Source: Cyanobacteriota bacterium (GTDB taxonomy: Bacteria; Cyanobacteriota; Cyanobacteriia; Cyanobacteriales; Nostocaceae). From it: DNA of 64,000 nucleotides. The position numbers and the translations under genes are program-made. The notes below the pieces were generated by a model. The model had not been told where the DNA came from. It did not search any database and worked only from the letters and a program-made list of their open reading frames with translations. The number at the start of each line of letters is the position of its first letter. Positions within the stretch are counted from its first letter, which is position 1. Positions 1 through 9,815 of the stretch are shown here, piece after piece. The stretch spans positions 1-64,000 of the forward strand of contig JBJOKS010000017.1 in assembly GCA_046045965.1 (NCBI GenBank). Direction: 5' to 3'.

Positions 1-94
1 AACCGATGTAAATCCGGTTTTCAGTGCTGGTGATCCATTCGCAGAATCGATCCCATACGTTGGCGCTTTGGCGCTGTTGTAAGGTTGTGGTCAT
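1..94 (-). CDS. psbA: Photosystem II D1 protein, 5' end (runs off window start)
   Basis: Reverse complement of 1-94 translates [31 protein letters not shown], the D1 N-terminus; not in the ORF track. Confidence 0.97.
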   Translation of the reverse strand, partial: MTTTLQQRQSANVWDRFCEWITSTENRIYIG

Positions 95-154
95 GTGTTT
101 ATAATTGCGTTTTGGTTATGTATGTTTTGGTAGGTGTTTCTACCTCATGAATTT

Positions 155-183
155 ATATTAAGCCTAATGTTTCGATTTGTAAA
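155..183 (-). promoter_or_regulatory. Probable psbA sigma70 promoter
   Basis: Minus strand TTTACA-17 nt-TAATAT, about 60 nt upstream of the psbA ATG. Confidence 0.65.
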
Positions 184-293
184 GGGGTTTTTGTAATATT
201 TTTTAATATTTTTCTCACAGGATGAAAAACCCTAGATATATTAAGGGTTTCAGCCTTTATTTTTTTGTAAACATAATTTACAGGTTTGTGAAA

Positions 294-1208
294 ATGTTCT
301 CATCTAGCCAAAAAATCGTTACTTACAGCCCTGCATATACTCTTGTTCCCACTTATGAATGTTTTAATAGATGTAGTTACTGTAATTTTCGTGCTGAACC
401 TGGTACAGATCCTTGGATGACGTTGGCTGAAGCTGAGAATATTTTATTACCTTTAAAAAATCAAAATGTCTGTGAAATACTCATCCTCAGTGGTGAAGTT
501 CATCCTCTGTCATCCAGTCGTAGAAAGTGGTTTCAGCTTATTTATGATTTATGTGCTTTAGCTTTGTCTATGGGATTTTTACCCCATACCAATGCCGGAC
601 CACTGAGTTTTGCGGAAATGCAAAAGCTGAAAAATGTTAATGTTTCGATGGGGTTGATGTTGGAACAGTTAACACCCAAGTTGTTAAATACTGTTCATCG
701 TCATGCACCGAGTAAGTTACCTCCGGTGCGTTTACAACAGTTACAATGGGCAGGAGAGTTACAAATTCCGTTTACAACTGGGTTATTATTGGGAATAGGA
801 GAAACTGAAGATGACTGGTGGGTGACTTTAGCAGCTATTTCTGATTTGCATCAACGCTATCAACATATACAGGAAGTGATTTTGCAACCTCACAGTCCGG
901 GAAGTCAGCAAACCTTTGATGAACAAGCTTTTGATCCCCATAAATTACCGCAAGTCATAGCTAAAGCACGGGAAATTTTACCCGCAGATATTACTATTCA
1001 AATTCCGCCTAATTTAGTGAAAGATGAAAATTGGTTACTTGCGTGTTTAGATGCAGGTGCTAGAGATTTAGGGGGAATAGGTCCTAAAGATGAAGTTAAC
1101 CCTGATTATCCTCATTTACAGGTACAGAGATTAAAAGAAATTTTACAACCTGCGGGGTGGGAATTAGTACCACGGTTGCCTGTGTATCCTCAGTTTCAAA
1201 GGAATTAG
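294..1208 (+). CDS. cofG: FO synthase subunit CofG (radical SAM)
   Basis: TYSPAYTLVPTYECFNRCSYCNF CxxxCxxC motif, FTTGLLLGIGE, DEVNPDYP; ATG 294 preferred over 222. Confidence 0.9.
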   Translation: MFSSSQKIVTYSPAYTLVPTYECFNRCSYCNFRAEPGTDPWMTLAEAENILLPLKNQNVCEILILSGEVHPLSSSRRKWFQLIYDLCALALSMGFLPHTNAGPLSFAEMQKLKNVNVSMGLMLEQLTPKLLNTVHRHAPSKLPPVRLQQLQWAGELQIPFTTGLLLGIGETEDDWWVTLAAISDLHQRYQHIQEVILQPHSPGSQQTFDEQAFDPHKLPQVIAKAREILPADITIQIPPNLVKDENWLLACLDAGARDLGGIGPKDEVNPDYPHLQVQRLKEILQPAGWELVPRLPVYPQFQRN

Positions 1209-1290
1209 TCATCAGTCATCAGTCATTAGTTATTACCTCTTCCCAGTCTCCAGTCCCCAGTCCCCAGTCCCCAGTCCCCTGACTCCTGAC
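1208..1290. repeat. STRR heptamer arrays (GTCATCA; CCCCAGT; GACTCCT)
   Basis: Tandem 7-mers between convergent cofG and wzc. Confidence 0.9.
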
Positions 1291-3480
1291 CTATTTTTTA
1301 CCAAAAACCGTGGATACATCTTCTGCTTCTTTGATCACTGTCAGGTCTAGGTCTGGTTCAGGGATAAATAATGGTTCTATTGGTTCAGGTATAGAAACTC
1401 GGATATCAGCACTATTTATAATAGCTCCTAACAGACCTAGCTCAGCTTCTACTAATTGGTCAATGGCTTCAGCCAGCATATTTTCTTGTGTATAGTTAGG
1501 TCGCGCTACTAGAACTATGCCATCACTATAGGGTTGAATTAATAGCGGGTCATTGGAAGTGCTGAGAGGGTTAGTGTCTAAAATTACTAAATCATAACGT
1601 TCACGAGCATCTTCTATCAAGCGGCGCATTTCACTAGATTCTATGACAGCAGCAGATTGACGGACAGGTCCGGCGCTGGGGACAATGTATAAATTTTGTA
1701 CATCAGGAACTAAGCGAATACAGTCACTTAAACTGGAATAATAGCGCAGTGGTTCCATACTGGCATAGGAATCAGAGGGAACTTTCAGAGATGAAGCGCG
1801 GGAGGGCGATCGCAAATCTAATTCGATAATTAAAGTTCTTTTACCAGCTAGTGCGGAAGCTATGCCTAAGTTATAAGCACTCACTGTCTTACCTTCTTGG
1901 CTACTGACGCTAGTAATCAATACTACCTTAACTTCATTGCCACCAATTCGGCGTAAATTACTGCGGAACTTCTCATAAAACTCTAAATAGGGAGAATCTG
2001 GGGAAAATAGCACTGGTAAAGCTTCCGGTTCTAAATCATCCACTGGCATCAAAGGCAATTCTCCCAGTAGTAGCACATCCCGCTGCTTGAGGCTTTCGCG
2101 GATATCCTCCTTGGTTTTGAAAGTTCCTTCCAGTGAACCCAATAAAAATATCACACCACCACCAATCACAGCACCTAAGAAACCACCGATAGCCAAGGTT
2201 AGAGGTACACTCTTGGGTTTGGTAGGTACAGGTATGACTACTGGTGGTTTAGCAATACTGAGACTACCGACAGTTTCTGCCTCTGCCGCTTTTGCATCTA
2301 TTAACTTCGCTTGCATTTGATCATATATAGCTTTTTTGAGTGCTAAAGCTTGTTCTAAACGCGATCGCTCTAATTGCTTATTGGGGATGAGAGCATATTC
2401 TCGACGTAACTGCTCTTCCTGTTGAATTTGCTGTTTTAGTTGTTGTTCTAGGGTTTCTCGTTGAGTTTGCAAAGCCACCATTTGATTAGCTAATGCTTGT
2501 CTTGTGGGATCTAAGCTACTTTGGGTGCGAATACCTGTCACATTACCCCTTAAAGGAGCCGCTAGACCACCACCACCTAATACCTCAGCAGCACGTTGTT
2601 GCAGCAATTCTTCAGAAGCTTCTTTTTGACGCTGTAATTGAACCATTGTCGGGTGTTCAGGCCGCAAGTCTTTTCTAAGAACTGCAATTTGTGACTCTGC
2701 TTGATAGATTTGCGATCGCAAATTGCCAATAATCGGATCAGCACTCAAAGCTGAAGAAACATAAGCCTGTCCAACTGTTAATCCCAATTTATCTTCTAAA
2801 GAACGAATTTGAGCATCAATTCCCGAAATGGTCAGTTTAATTGCCCTTTGTTCATTTTGACTAGCACTAATTCCACCAAGTAAACTACCATTTTCTGCCG
2901 CTAAAATTGCTGGTTTTTCCCGACGATCATATTGTTCTAGCTTATTCTCAGCCTCTTGAAGTTCTCGCTTGGCCTGTGGTAATAGTTCCTCAATTTTTTT
3001 AATAATAGCTTTTAATCTTCCAGTATTAATGTCACTGCTCAACTGCACCATTACTTTTGTCAATTCATCTAATACCTCTGTGCCTCTTTTTGCATCACTA
3101 TCTTGATAATAAACCAAAAGAAATGGATTTGTAAATTGTCCAGTTTTGCTATCTACACTAGGTATTTTCAGTTTGACTTTTGAAGCAATTGTTTTTGGTT
3201 TTGCTTTGACCTTATTTGCTACCTCAGCAATAACTTGCTCCGATAGTAAAACCTGTTCTGTCAGTTCTTTACCCTGTTGCAGAATTTCACTAGCTGTTTT
3301 CGAGAAAGCAACCGGTGGACTACTGTAGGTCAACGCACCTTCTATTAAGTAAGTTGCTTGTGGTTCTGGTTGTATAGCCACTACTGTTGAACCAGCGACT
3401 ACTAAACCAAAACTAGCTATTCCAATCCATTTATACTTTTCAAAAGCAATCAGATATTTTTTAACAATTGGTGGTGTCAT
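1291..3480 (-). CDS. wzc: Wzc/GumC-family polysaccharide co-polymerase / tyrosine kinase
   Basis: Two TM segments flanking a long coiled coil; C-terminal P-loop SVSSQEGKT, ELDLR, YDLVILDT. Confidence 0.85.
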   Translation of the reverse strand: MTPPIVKKYLIAFEKYKWIGIASFGLVVAGSTVVAIQPEPQATYLIEGALTYSSPPVAFSKTASEILQQGKELTEQVLLSEQVIAEVANKVKAKPKTIASKVKLKIPSVDSKTGQFTNPFLLVYYQDSDAKRGTEVLDELTKVMVQLSSDINTGRLKAIIKKIEELLPQAKRELQEAENKLEQYDRREKPAILAAENGSLLGGISASQNEQRAIKLTISGIDAQIRSLEDKLGLTVGQAYVSSALSADPIIGNLRSQIYQAESQIAVLRKDLRPEHPTMVQLQRQKEASEELLQQRAAEVLGGGGLAAPLRGNVTGIRTQSSLDPTRQALANQMVALQTQRETLEQQLKQQIQQEEQLRREYALIPNKQLERSRLEQALALKKAIYDQMQAKLIDAKAAEAETVGSLSIAKPPVVIPVPTKPKSVPLTLAIGGFLGAVIGGGVIFLLGSLEGTFKTKEDIRESLKQRDVLLLGELPLMPVDDLEPEALPVLFSPDSPYLEFYEKFRSNLRRIGGNEVKVVLITSVSSQEGKTVSAYNLGIASALAGKRTLIIELDLRSPSRASSLKVPSDSYASMEPLRYYSSLSDCIRLVPDVQNLYIVPSAGPVRQSAAVIESSEMRRLIEDARERYDLVILDTNPLSTSNDPLLIQPYSDGIVLVARPNYTQENMLAEAIDQLVEAELGLLGAIINSADIRVSIPEPIEPLFIPEPDLDLTVIKEAEDVSTVFGKK

Positions 3481-3562
3481 AGCATTTAATTATTCATTGG
3501 AAATAGGCAATAATAAGCAACAGTCTGGGAATTATGAATTATGAATTATAAATGATATTTTG

Positions 3563-4945
3563 TTAATTGGAACCACCACCAAATAAGCCATTACCAAAGG
3601 TTTCAAAAAAGCGGATAAATGATTGAACATTAAAGAATGGTTGGGTAATAGTATTCAATAAATTAGTAAGTTTACCAACAAAGTTTCTACCAACAACAAT
3701 CACATCATTATCTTGAAGTGCCACATTTTGAGCAGCATCACCAGCAAGTGCCTTTCTGGCATCAAGTCTTTGCGTCACAGCTTTACCTTTTTCTGGATCA
3801 AAGCGAACCAAAGCAATATCCCGAAGATTAGCAGTATTGAGAGGAACATTTCCCAAGACATCTAGAAATGTACTACCATTGGGCAGTGATTGAGTAGCAA
3901 TTCCTCCCCCAGCATAATTTAAAACTCTAACCCTAATCTGGGGTACAGCTAAAGTTGAACGTGATATCAACCTGCGATCATAACCATCATCTGTACCAGG
4001 TTCACGACGTGGTACAATTACAGAATCGCCATCTTGTAACCGCAAGTTGGGAAGTGAAGTACCATTTTGTAAAGCTGTGTATAAATCAACATTTTGAGAA
4101 ACGACAGAACCATCACTTGACCGACGAAGAATTTGTATTTTTCGTAGGTCTGCATTCAAAGTTGAACCACCCACTAAGGTGAAAATATCAGTAATTCTAG
4201 TCATACCAGAACCCGCAGCATAAATTCCGGGACGAAATACTTCTCCAGTGACAGTAATTTGAGCAGGTCGCATCTGTGCCAGAGAAACTATCACTGGGTC
4301 ATCATTTATAGGACTTAAAGCCAAGCGAATTTTTTCTTGAGCTTCTTCAACAGTCAACCCTTTTAAATTAACCTGACCTATTTGGGGAATAATTATATTA
4401 CCGTCTTGATTAAGAGACGCTTGAAAACTCAAATTAGGACGTTGCCCTGTCAGTGATAAATATATAACTGGATTAATAACATAACGATTAAAACTAGCAC
4501 GAATTTTATCCTCTGCTTCTGGCAAACTCAAGCCTTTTAAAGACATAAACCCCACTAAAGGGACAAAAACTTTACCTTCTCGGTTAATGGTTCCTTGAAA
4601 ATTTAACTCTGAAAATCGCTCTGCTGTAACACCAATAGAATCTCCAATTCCCAAGCGATATAATCCAGTAGGAGGTGGCTGAACAATAACATTCACTCCA
4701 TCTCCTGTATCTAACAAATAGCGGTTAAATTCCGGTGCAATCTCTTCATTTTCTGGATTGGCATCAGGAGATTTTACCTCAGAACTTGCTGGAGGTATAG
4801 AAAAATCTATTGGCGATTGCGCTGAAGATTCTCCAGTTTGCCCTACAACAGGTTGCACAGATACTACCAAAGCAACACCAACCTGAAGAGTCACAAAAAA
4901 CAGGGATATGAATACACGCTGATGATAACTGGAAACTATAAACAT
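3563..4945 (-). CDS. wza: Wza-like polysaccharide export protein (Poly_export + SLBB)
   Basis: YRLGIGD, GEVFRPGIY, LQDGDSVIVP and LQDNDVIVV motifs. Confidence 0.85.
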   Translation of the reverse strand: MFIVSSYHQRVFISLFFVTLQVGVALVVSVQPVVGQTGESSAQSPIDFSIPPASSEVKSPDANPENEEIAPEFNRYLLDTGDGVNVIVQPPPTGLYRLGIGDSIGVTAERFSELNFQGTINREGKVFVPLVGFMSLKGLSLPEAEDKIRASFNRYVINPVIYLSLTGQRPNLSFQASLNQDGNIIIPQIGQVNLKGLTVEEAQEKIRLALSPINDDPVIVSLAQMRPAQITVTGEVFRPGIYAAGSGMTRITDIFTLVGGSTLNADLRKIQILRRSSDGSVVSQNVDLYTALQNGTSLPNLRLQDGDSVIVPRREPGTDDGYDRRLISRSTLAVPQIRVRVLNYAGGGIATQSLPNGSTFLDVLGNVPLNTANLRDIALVRFDPEKGKAVTQRLDARKALAGDAAQNVALQDNDVIVVGRNFVGKLTNLLNTITQPFFNVQSFIRFFETFGNGLFGGGSN

Positions 4946-4972
4946 TAGTTTTATATCGTTCAATCAAATACT

Positions 4973-5701
4973 TTAGAGAATTTCTGCCATCAGTATAGCT
5001 TGCACTTTTTCACCCAGAGACTCAAGTTTAGTCCAGGATGTTTCCACTTGTCCAAAAGACTCCATTGGTATCAAAATGCTCACAGCCACCCAAGGAACAC
5101 GCTTTTTTTGCCATTGTGCCAATTGGTCTGCCATAAACCAGTTGATCGGTGATGAAGTACCACCATTCAGCATCGCGTACCATTGTAAAACAGCAAAAGT
5201 TTGTTTTTGTGTGGTAGCCCGAAAAAATCTAGCTTTGACTTTTGTAGTTGTCTTTGAATCTGGACTAGAGACTGGTTTAACAGTAAATTCCGCTGCACGA
5301 TATTGAGCTATATCCCATTTTCCCCAGCGTGATTTGCCCCAACCGTCGATGTCTGTCCACTCAACTTCTGGTTGGTCTCTAGGTCCGTTTTGTGGTAGCA
5401 ACAGCAGTATAGCCTCTACGGATGAATCTTTTTGCTGGAGTATTTGCAAAGACCATTTATTTCCACCAACTGGTGTTTCTAACTGTTCCATAGTTTGCCA
5501 CCCTGGAATATTTAATCCTACTTGGCGGATATTTTTCAGTTCCTTGAGTTTAATAACTGGTGGTGGTTGTTTCCATTGCCACTTTCCTGTTAGGTATCCT
5601 GGAACTGCACCTACTCCTAACAGCAGTAGCAGTAAGATCAGCACTGCTACCTGACTCCATTGCTGTTGTTTGAAAAATTTGGATAGGGAAATCATATTCA
5701 T
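4973..5701 (-). CDS. Cyanoexosortase B system-associated protein (EpsI-like)
   Basis: N-terminal TM helix, PQNGPRDQPEVEWTD motif, directly downstream of the exosortase. Confidence 0.8.
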   Translation of the reverse strand: MNMISLSKFFKQQQWSQVAVLILLLLLLGVGAVPGYLTGKWQWKQPPPVIKLKELKNIRQVGLNIPGWQTMEQLETPVGGNKWSLQILQQKDSSVEAILLLLPQNGPRDQPEVEWTDIDGWGKSRWGKWDIAQYRAAEFTVKPVSSPDSKTTTKVKARFFRATTQKQTFAVLQWYAMLNGGTSSPINWFMADQLAQWQKKRVPWVAVSILIPMESFGQVETSWTKLESLGEKVQAILMAEIL

Positions 5702-5726
5702 AGGGTATATGGTATGGGGTAATTCA

Positions 5727-6632
5727 CTACCGTGCTTCTTCTGCTTCCTGTTCTAATGGAATTGCTGGTGCTTCTGAGAAATTACTATTCATCCAATTTA
5801 GCAAAGGTACTAATAATACCAGCATACAAGCAGAGTAAAGATCGCCCCCCCAACTGTCATGCAGCCAAACAAATGCCCCTTCGTTACCAGTACCGTGAAA
5901 GAAGGTCAATAAAGTGTTACGGATGATATTTGCCGTAACACTGATGGCTACAGCAACAGATACAAAAGTCAAAGTGATGCGCTGTGAAGATAAGCTGTCA
6001 GTCCAGTACAGTAGCATTAAGCTGACATAAAGAGTGGTAAATAACATTTTTAACCCCGCACAATAGGGAGCTACTTCCACAATTCGTCCACCTACGTATA
6101 AGTTAATTCCATCTAGGACAACGTTCATGCCAAACTGATTGAGGATAAAGGCTGCTGTACTAGCAATAAAGCTTTGCAGTGGAAATGTATAGGGAGCTAT
6201 CAGGTAAGGTAATGCTGTTGGGGTCGCTAAAAAAACTAACATGAGGGAAAATCCCTGTAATTTTAAGCCTGGTATACCTTTGAACCATAAGCATAGTCCT
6301 GTGAGCATGATGGGTAAAGAAAGATTAACCCATTCGGCTACACCACTGAGATAGAATATTACCCCTGTTATGAATAAGCCAATGCTGACAGGATGAGTAC
6401 AATTGCTGAGACGCTGCCATTGTTTACGGTTTGTCCAAGCTATGTAACCAGCAAAGGGTAAACCGATCATCCCGTGGCTGAAATATTCATGTTCTATACT
6501 GATAGTTTTATGTAGCCAGCCATCTATCCAATGTAGCAATATAGGAGCATAAAGCAAACTCAAAATTACTAAAATGCCTAAGTTTAATAATTGGGCTGTG
6601 CTGCGGGTTTTAATTTGTTCTTGGAGTGCCAT
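5727..6632 (-). CDS. crtB: Cyanoexosortase B
   Basis: Multi-TM; HEYFSHG, VEVAPYCAG (catalytic Cys), ANIIRN (Arg), WLHD (His) exosortase triad. Confidence 0.88.
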   Translation of the reverse strand: MALQEQIKTRSTAQLLNLGILVILSLLYAPILLHWIDGWLHKTISIEHEYFSHGMIGLPFAGYIAWTNRKQWQRLSNCTHPVSIGLFITGVIFYLSGVAEWVNLSLPIMLTGLCLWFKGIPGLKLQGFSLMLVFLATPTALPYLIAPYTFPLQSFIASTAAFILNQFGMNVVLDGINLYVGGRIVEVAPYCAGLKMLFTTLYVSLMLLYWTDSLSSQRITLTFVSVAVAISVTANIIRNTLLTFFHGTGNEGAFVWLHDSWGGDLYSACMLVLLVPLLNWMNSNFSEAPAIPLEQEAEEAR

Positions 6633-6713
6633 AGATTTAATTCAAAGTTTAAAGTTTCAAATTCAAAAGTTCCATGAATACTGTTTTTTAAAAGTAGTTC
6701 AAATTAATTAAAC

Positions 6714-7856
6714 TCAGTTTTCTGTAGCTGGGAAAATTGCCGCAATAGCATTTACAACTTCTTTAATTTCGCTAGTTTTCAAACCAGGATACATTGGTAA
6801 AGACAATATTTGTTGAGATAGTTTTTCTGATTGGGGAAAGTCTCCTTGTTGATAACCTAAATAACTAAATGCGGGTTGAAGATGGCAAGGAATTGGGTAA
6901 TGAATGCCGGTTTGAATTCCTGCTGTGGTTAATTTTTCTTGTAGTTGTTGACGTTGTAGGGGACAAGAATCATCAATTTTGATGACATAAAGATGATATA
7001 TGTGTCCTGTACCGCTTTGGTTTTCCATCGGCATAATACCAGCAGAGGTTAAGGGTGCTAGTTCTATATCATACTCCTTAGCAATGGTCAGGCGATCGCT
7101 ATTCCACTGAGATAAATAAGGTAATTTTTGGTGTAACACCGCAGCCTGTAGGGTATCTAAGCGGCTATTAGTACCTGGTTCAATATGTACATACTTTTGT
7201 GATGAGCCATAATTCCGCAAGCGGCGCATTTTTGCTGCTACTTCTGGATCTCGCGTTAGTACCATCCCTCCATCCCCCAAAGCTCCTAAATTCTTACTGG
7301 GATAGAAACTAAACGCCGCTGCTGTACCTACTGAACCAGCCTTATATCCTTCCCTTTCTGCTAGATGTGCTTGGGCTGCATCCTCAAAAATCAAGACTTT
7401 ATAGGTTTCGGCAAAGTCTAATAATTGACTTGGTGATACCATTTGCCCATAGAGATGTACAGGAATAATGGCTTTAGTGCGGGGAGTAATGGCTGTTTCT
7501 GCGGCTTCCAAGTCAATTAAGGCTGTTTGGGGGTCACAATCTACTAAAATTGGTGTAGCTCCAGCACTGACTACACCAATCAGTGTGGCGACAAAGGTAT
7601 TAGCTGGTAAAATGACTTCATCACCAGCACCGATGTTGCAAGCTTGCAAACCAAGAGCGATCGCATCAGTTCCAGATGCCACACCAATTCCGTATTCCGT
7701 ACCTGATGCTGCGGCAAATGCTGTCTCGAAATTGGATAAAGCTTGTCCTAAAATAAAATCTCCCTTGGTTAAGACATCTGCAATTGCCTGTTGCAATTGA
7801 GATTCCATCGGTTGATGTTGTAAATTTAGGTCTACAAAAGGAACTTTAATAGTCAT
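6714..7856 (-). CDS. DegT/DnrJ/EryC1/StrS sugar aminotransferase
   Basis: SGTDA, EDAAQAH, FSFYPSKNLG (PLP Lys), NSRLD. Confidence 0.93.
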   Translation of the reverse strand: MTIKVPFVDLNLQHQPMESQLQQAIADVLTKGDFILGQALSNFETAFAAASGTEYGIGVASGTDAIALGLQACNIGAGDEVILPANTFVATLIGVVSAGATPILVDCDPQTALIDLEAAETAITPRTKAIIPVHLYGQMVSPSQLLDFAETYKVLIFEDAAQAHLAEREGYKAGSVGTAAAFSFYPSKNLGALGDGGMVLTRDPEVAAKMRRLRNYGSSQKYVHIEPGTNSRLDTLQAAVLHQKLPYLSQWNSDRLTIAKEYDIELAPLTSAGIMPMENQSGTGHIYHLYVIKIDDSCPLQRQQLQEKLTTAGIQTGIHYPIPCHLQPAFSYLGYQQGDFPQSEKLSQQILSLPMYPGLKTSEIKEVVNAIAAIFPATEN

Positions 7857-8132
7857 CTGATTTCTCACCTGGTAGTATCAAAAATTCAGTAGCACCATCA
7901 TAAAACCAAAAGAGTTGCATTGCTGACTTCTGTACTGAGTCCTATCGTAACTTCTCTACTGACTTTTGTCGGAACAGCCTGTCATTAGGCTGATGCTGCT
8001 GTCAAAAAAAATTTTGTCCAACTTGTTGATCAAATGTGAAATTAGGGAATGCTTAGAAATAGGAAATAGTAACCTCATCCCAGGGGTTACAGAACTTTAC
8101 AGTATCTAGGAAGTATCAAGGTAGCAGCAGCA

Positions 8133-9680
8133 ATGATAGAGCCTGAAAACAGACTATTTGCCCCCTATGATGGTTGGAACTCTTTAGAAATAAAAGAACA
8201 ACAACGCATCAAAGTCTTGTCAGACTTAGGTTTACGGCAACCAGAAACAATTCCCGTATTTGAAGAAGCTACTCAAACAGCTGCTCACTTTTTGGCAGCA
8301 GAAATTTCTCTTTTGGGATTTATAGATCAGGAAATTCACTGGTTCAAATCATCCGTGGGTTTATCAAGATTAGGACTCATGAATGATTTAGCACAAAGCC
8401 GTCAATTATTACGTCGGGATTCCTTTTGCTCCTTAGTGGTAGAAAGTTCACAAATATTAGTTATTAATGATACGAAAGATATAACAAAAACACAAATAAC
8501 CACCAGTAAGTTAGTGCAGAATTATGGCATCCGTTCTTACTTAGGAGTACCATTGATCGATGCTTCCGGGTATTGCTTAGGTGCATTGGCGGTGATGGAT
8601 CGTCAGCCACGCAATTTCACAGATCGAGAGATTGAGTTTTTGCAAATTATCGCTCGTTGGAGCATGAGTGAATTTGAGCGCAACCGATTGTTGCAAGGTA
8701 AATTACCGAAAAACTTAATTACCAGTATTCCTAGTTTACCATTACCGGAAAAACAGGCAATTGACTTGAAAATTGCCCCACCCATTCTAGAAACAGTTTC
8801 TAATTCTACTCAGCATCTGAAACTGGAACTCTTAGGCCAGCTAACTCAAGAATTGCGTACACCTTTAACATCTGTACTGGGTATGGCTGGTGTTCTGGGA
8901 CGTGAAATTTATGGTCCTTTGACAACCAAGCAGCGAGAATACTTAGAAATCATCCAACATAGTGGACGTTACTTACTTTCTTTAGTTAACGAAATTGCTG
9001 AACTAGGAACATTAACTGATAATGCCAATGTGCTGAACTTATCTCCTGTAGATATTGAAATATTATGTCAACAAGCTATCAAGACTCTATCAGAAGTGGC
9101 TGTCCGTCGTGAGCAAGAGATTCGTCTGTCTATAGAACCAGGACACAATCGCATTTGGTCTTTAGATAAAGAGAAGGTGCGACAAATTTTGCATCACCTG
9201 TTGTTTAGCATTGTTCAACTTTCTGCTACAGGTAGCCTGGTTCGTGTTCACATTTCTTACAAAGAAGATACTCTCTACATTACTATTTGGGTTTCCCATC
9301 CCTGGTTAGGAGATGGAATTGCTGAGATAGACCCTTACTTACGCCTTGATTCCTTGTCCATATTAGAAATATTGGGTGAGCCAGAAAAGTACGATTTTTA
9401 TTTAGAAAATCAGGAGAATGTCCCCATAATTTTGGAAAAGTCACTAAATTTGATTGAACAGCAATTAGGAATTTTGGTGAATGGTTCAGAAAAGGATTTA
9501 AATAATTCTTCTGTTAATCTGTCTCGTGAAAGATTAAGTTTATTACTCAGTTGTCAGCTGGCAGAATTACACAGCGGACAAATTTCCATCCAAGGTTCAC
9601 AAGAATCAGGATACCGCTATGTGATTTCTTTGCCCTTACAATCGGCAAATATCGCGCCAATCAATCATAATGTCTATTGA
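8133..9680 (+). CDS. GAF-domain histidine-kinase-like protein (degenerate H-box)
   Basis: GAF (YLGVPL...GALAVMD), HisKA-like LTQELRTPL, degenerate HATPase. Confidence 0.8.
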   Translation: MIEPENRLFAPYDGWNSLEIKEQQRIKVLSDLGLRQPETIPVFEEATQTAAHFLAAEISLLGFIDQEIHWFKSSVGLSRLGLMNDLAQSRQLLRRDSFCSLVVESSQILVINDTKDITKTQITTSKLVQNYGIRSYLGVPLIDASGYCLGALAVMDRQPRNFTDREIEFLQIIARWSMSEFERNRLLQGKLPKNLITSIPSLPLPEKQAIDLKIAPPILETVSNSTQHLKLELLGQLTQELRTPLTSVLGMAGVLGREIYGPLTTKQREYLEIIQHSGRYLLSLVNEIAELGTLTDNANVLNLSPVDIEILCQQAIKTLSEVAVRREQEIRLSIEPGHNRIWSLDKEKVRQILHHLLFSIVQLSATGSLVRVHISYKEDTLYITIWVSHPWLGDGIAEIDPYLRLDSLSILEILGEPEKYDFYLENQENVPIILEKSLNLIEQQLGILVNGSEKDLNNSSVNLSRERLSLLLSCQLAELHSGQISIQGSQESGYRYVISLPLQSANIAPINHNVY

Positions 9681-9815
9681 TTCCTGATCAAAAATAGGGG
9701 GAGAAGGGGAGATAAATAACCCAATTACCAATTACCAATCACCAATTACCAATTACCAGATTATGATCAAGGCCAAGTTCTACACATTAGGCGTTATTTG
9801 ATAACAACCTTGCTT

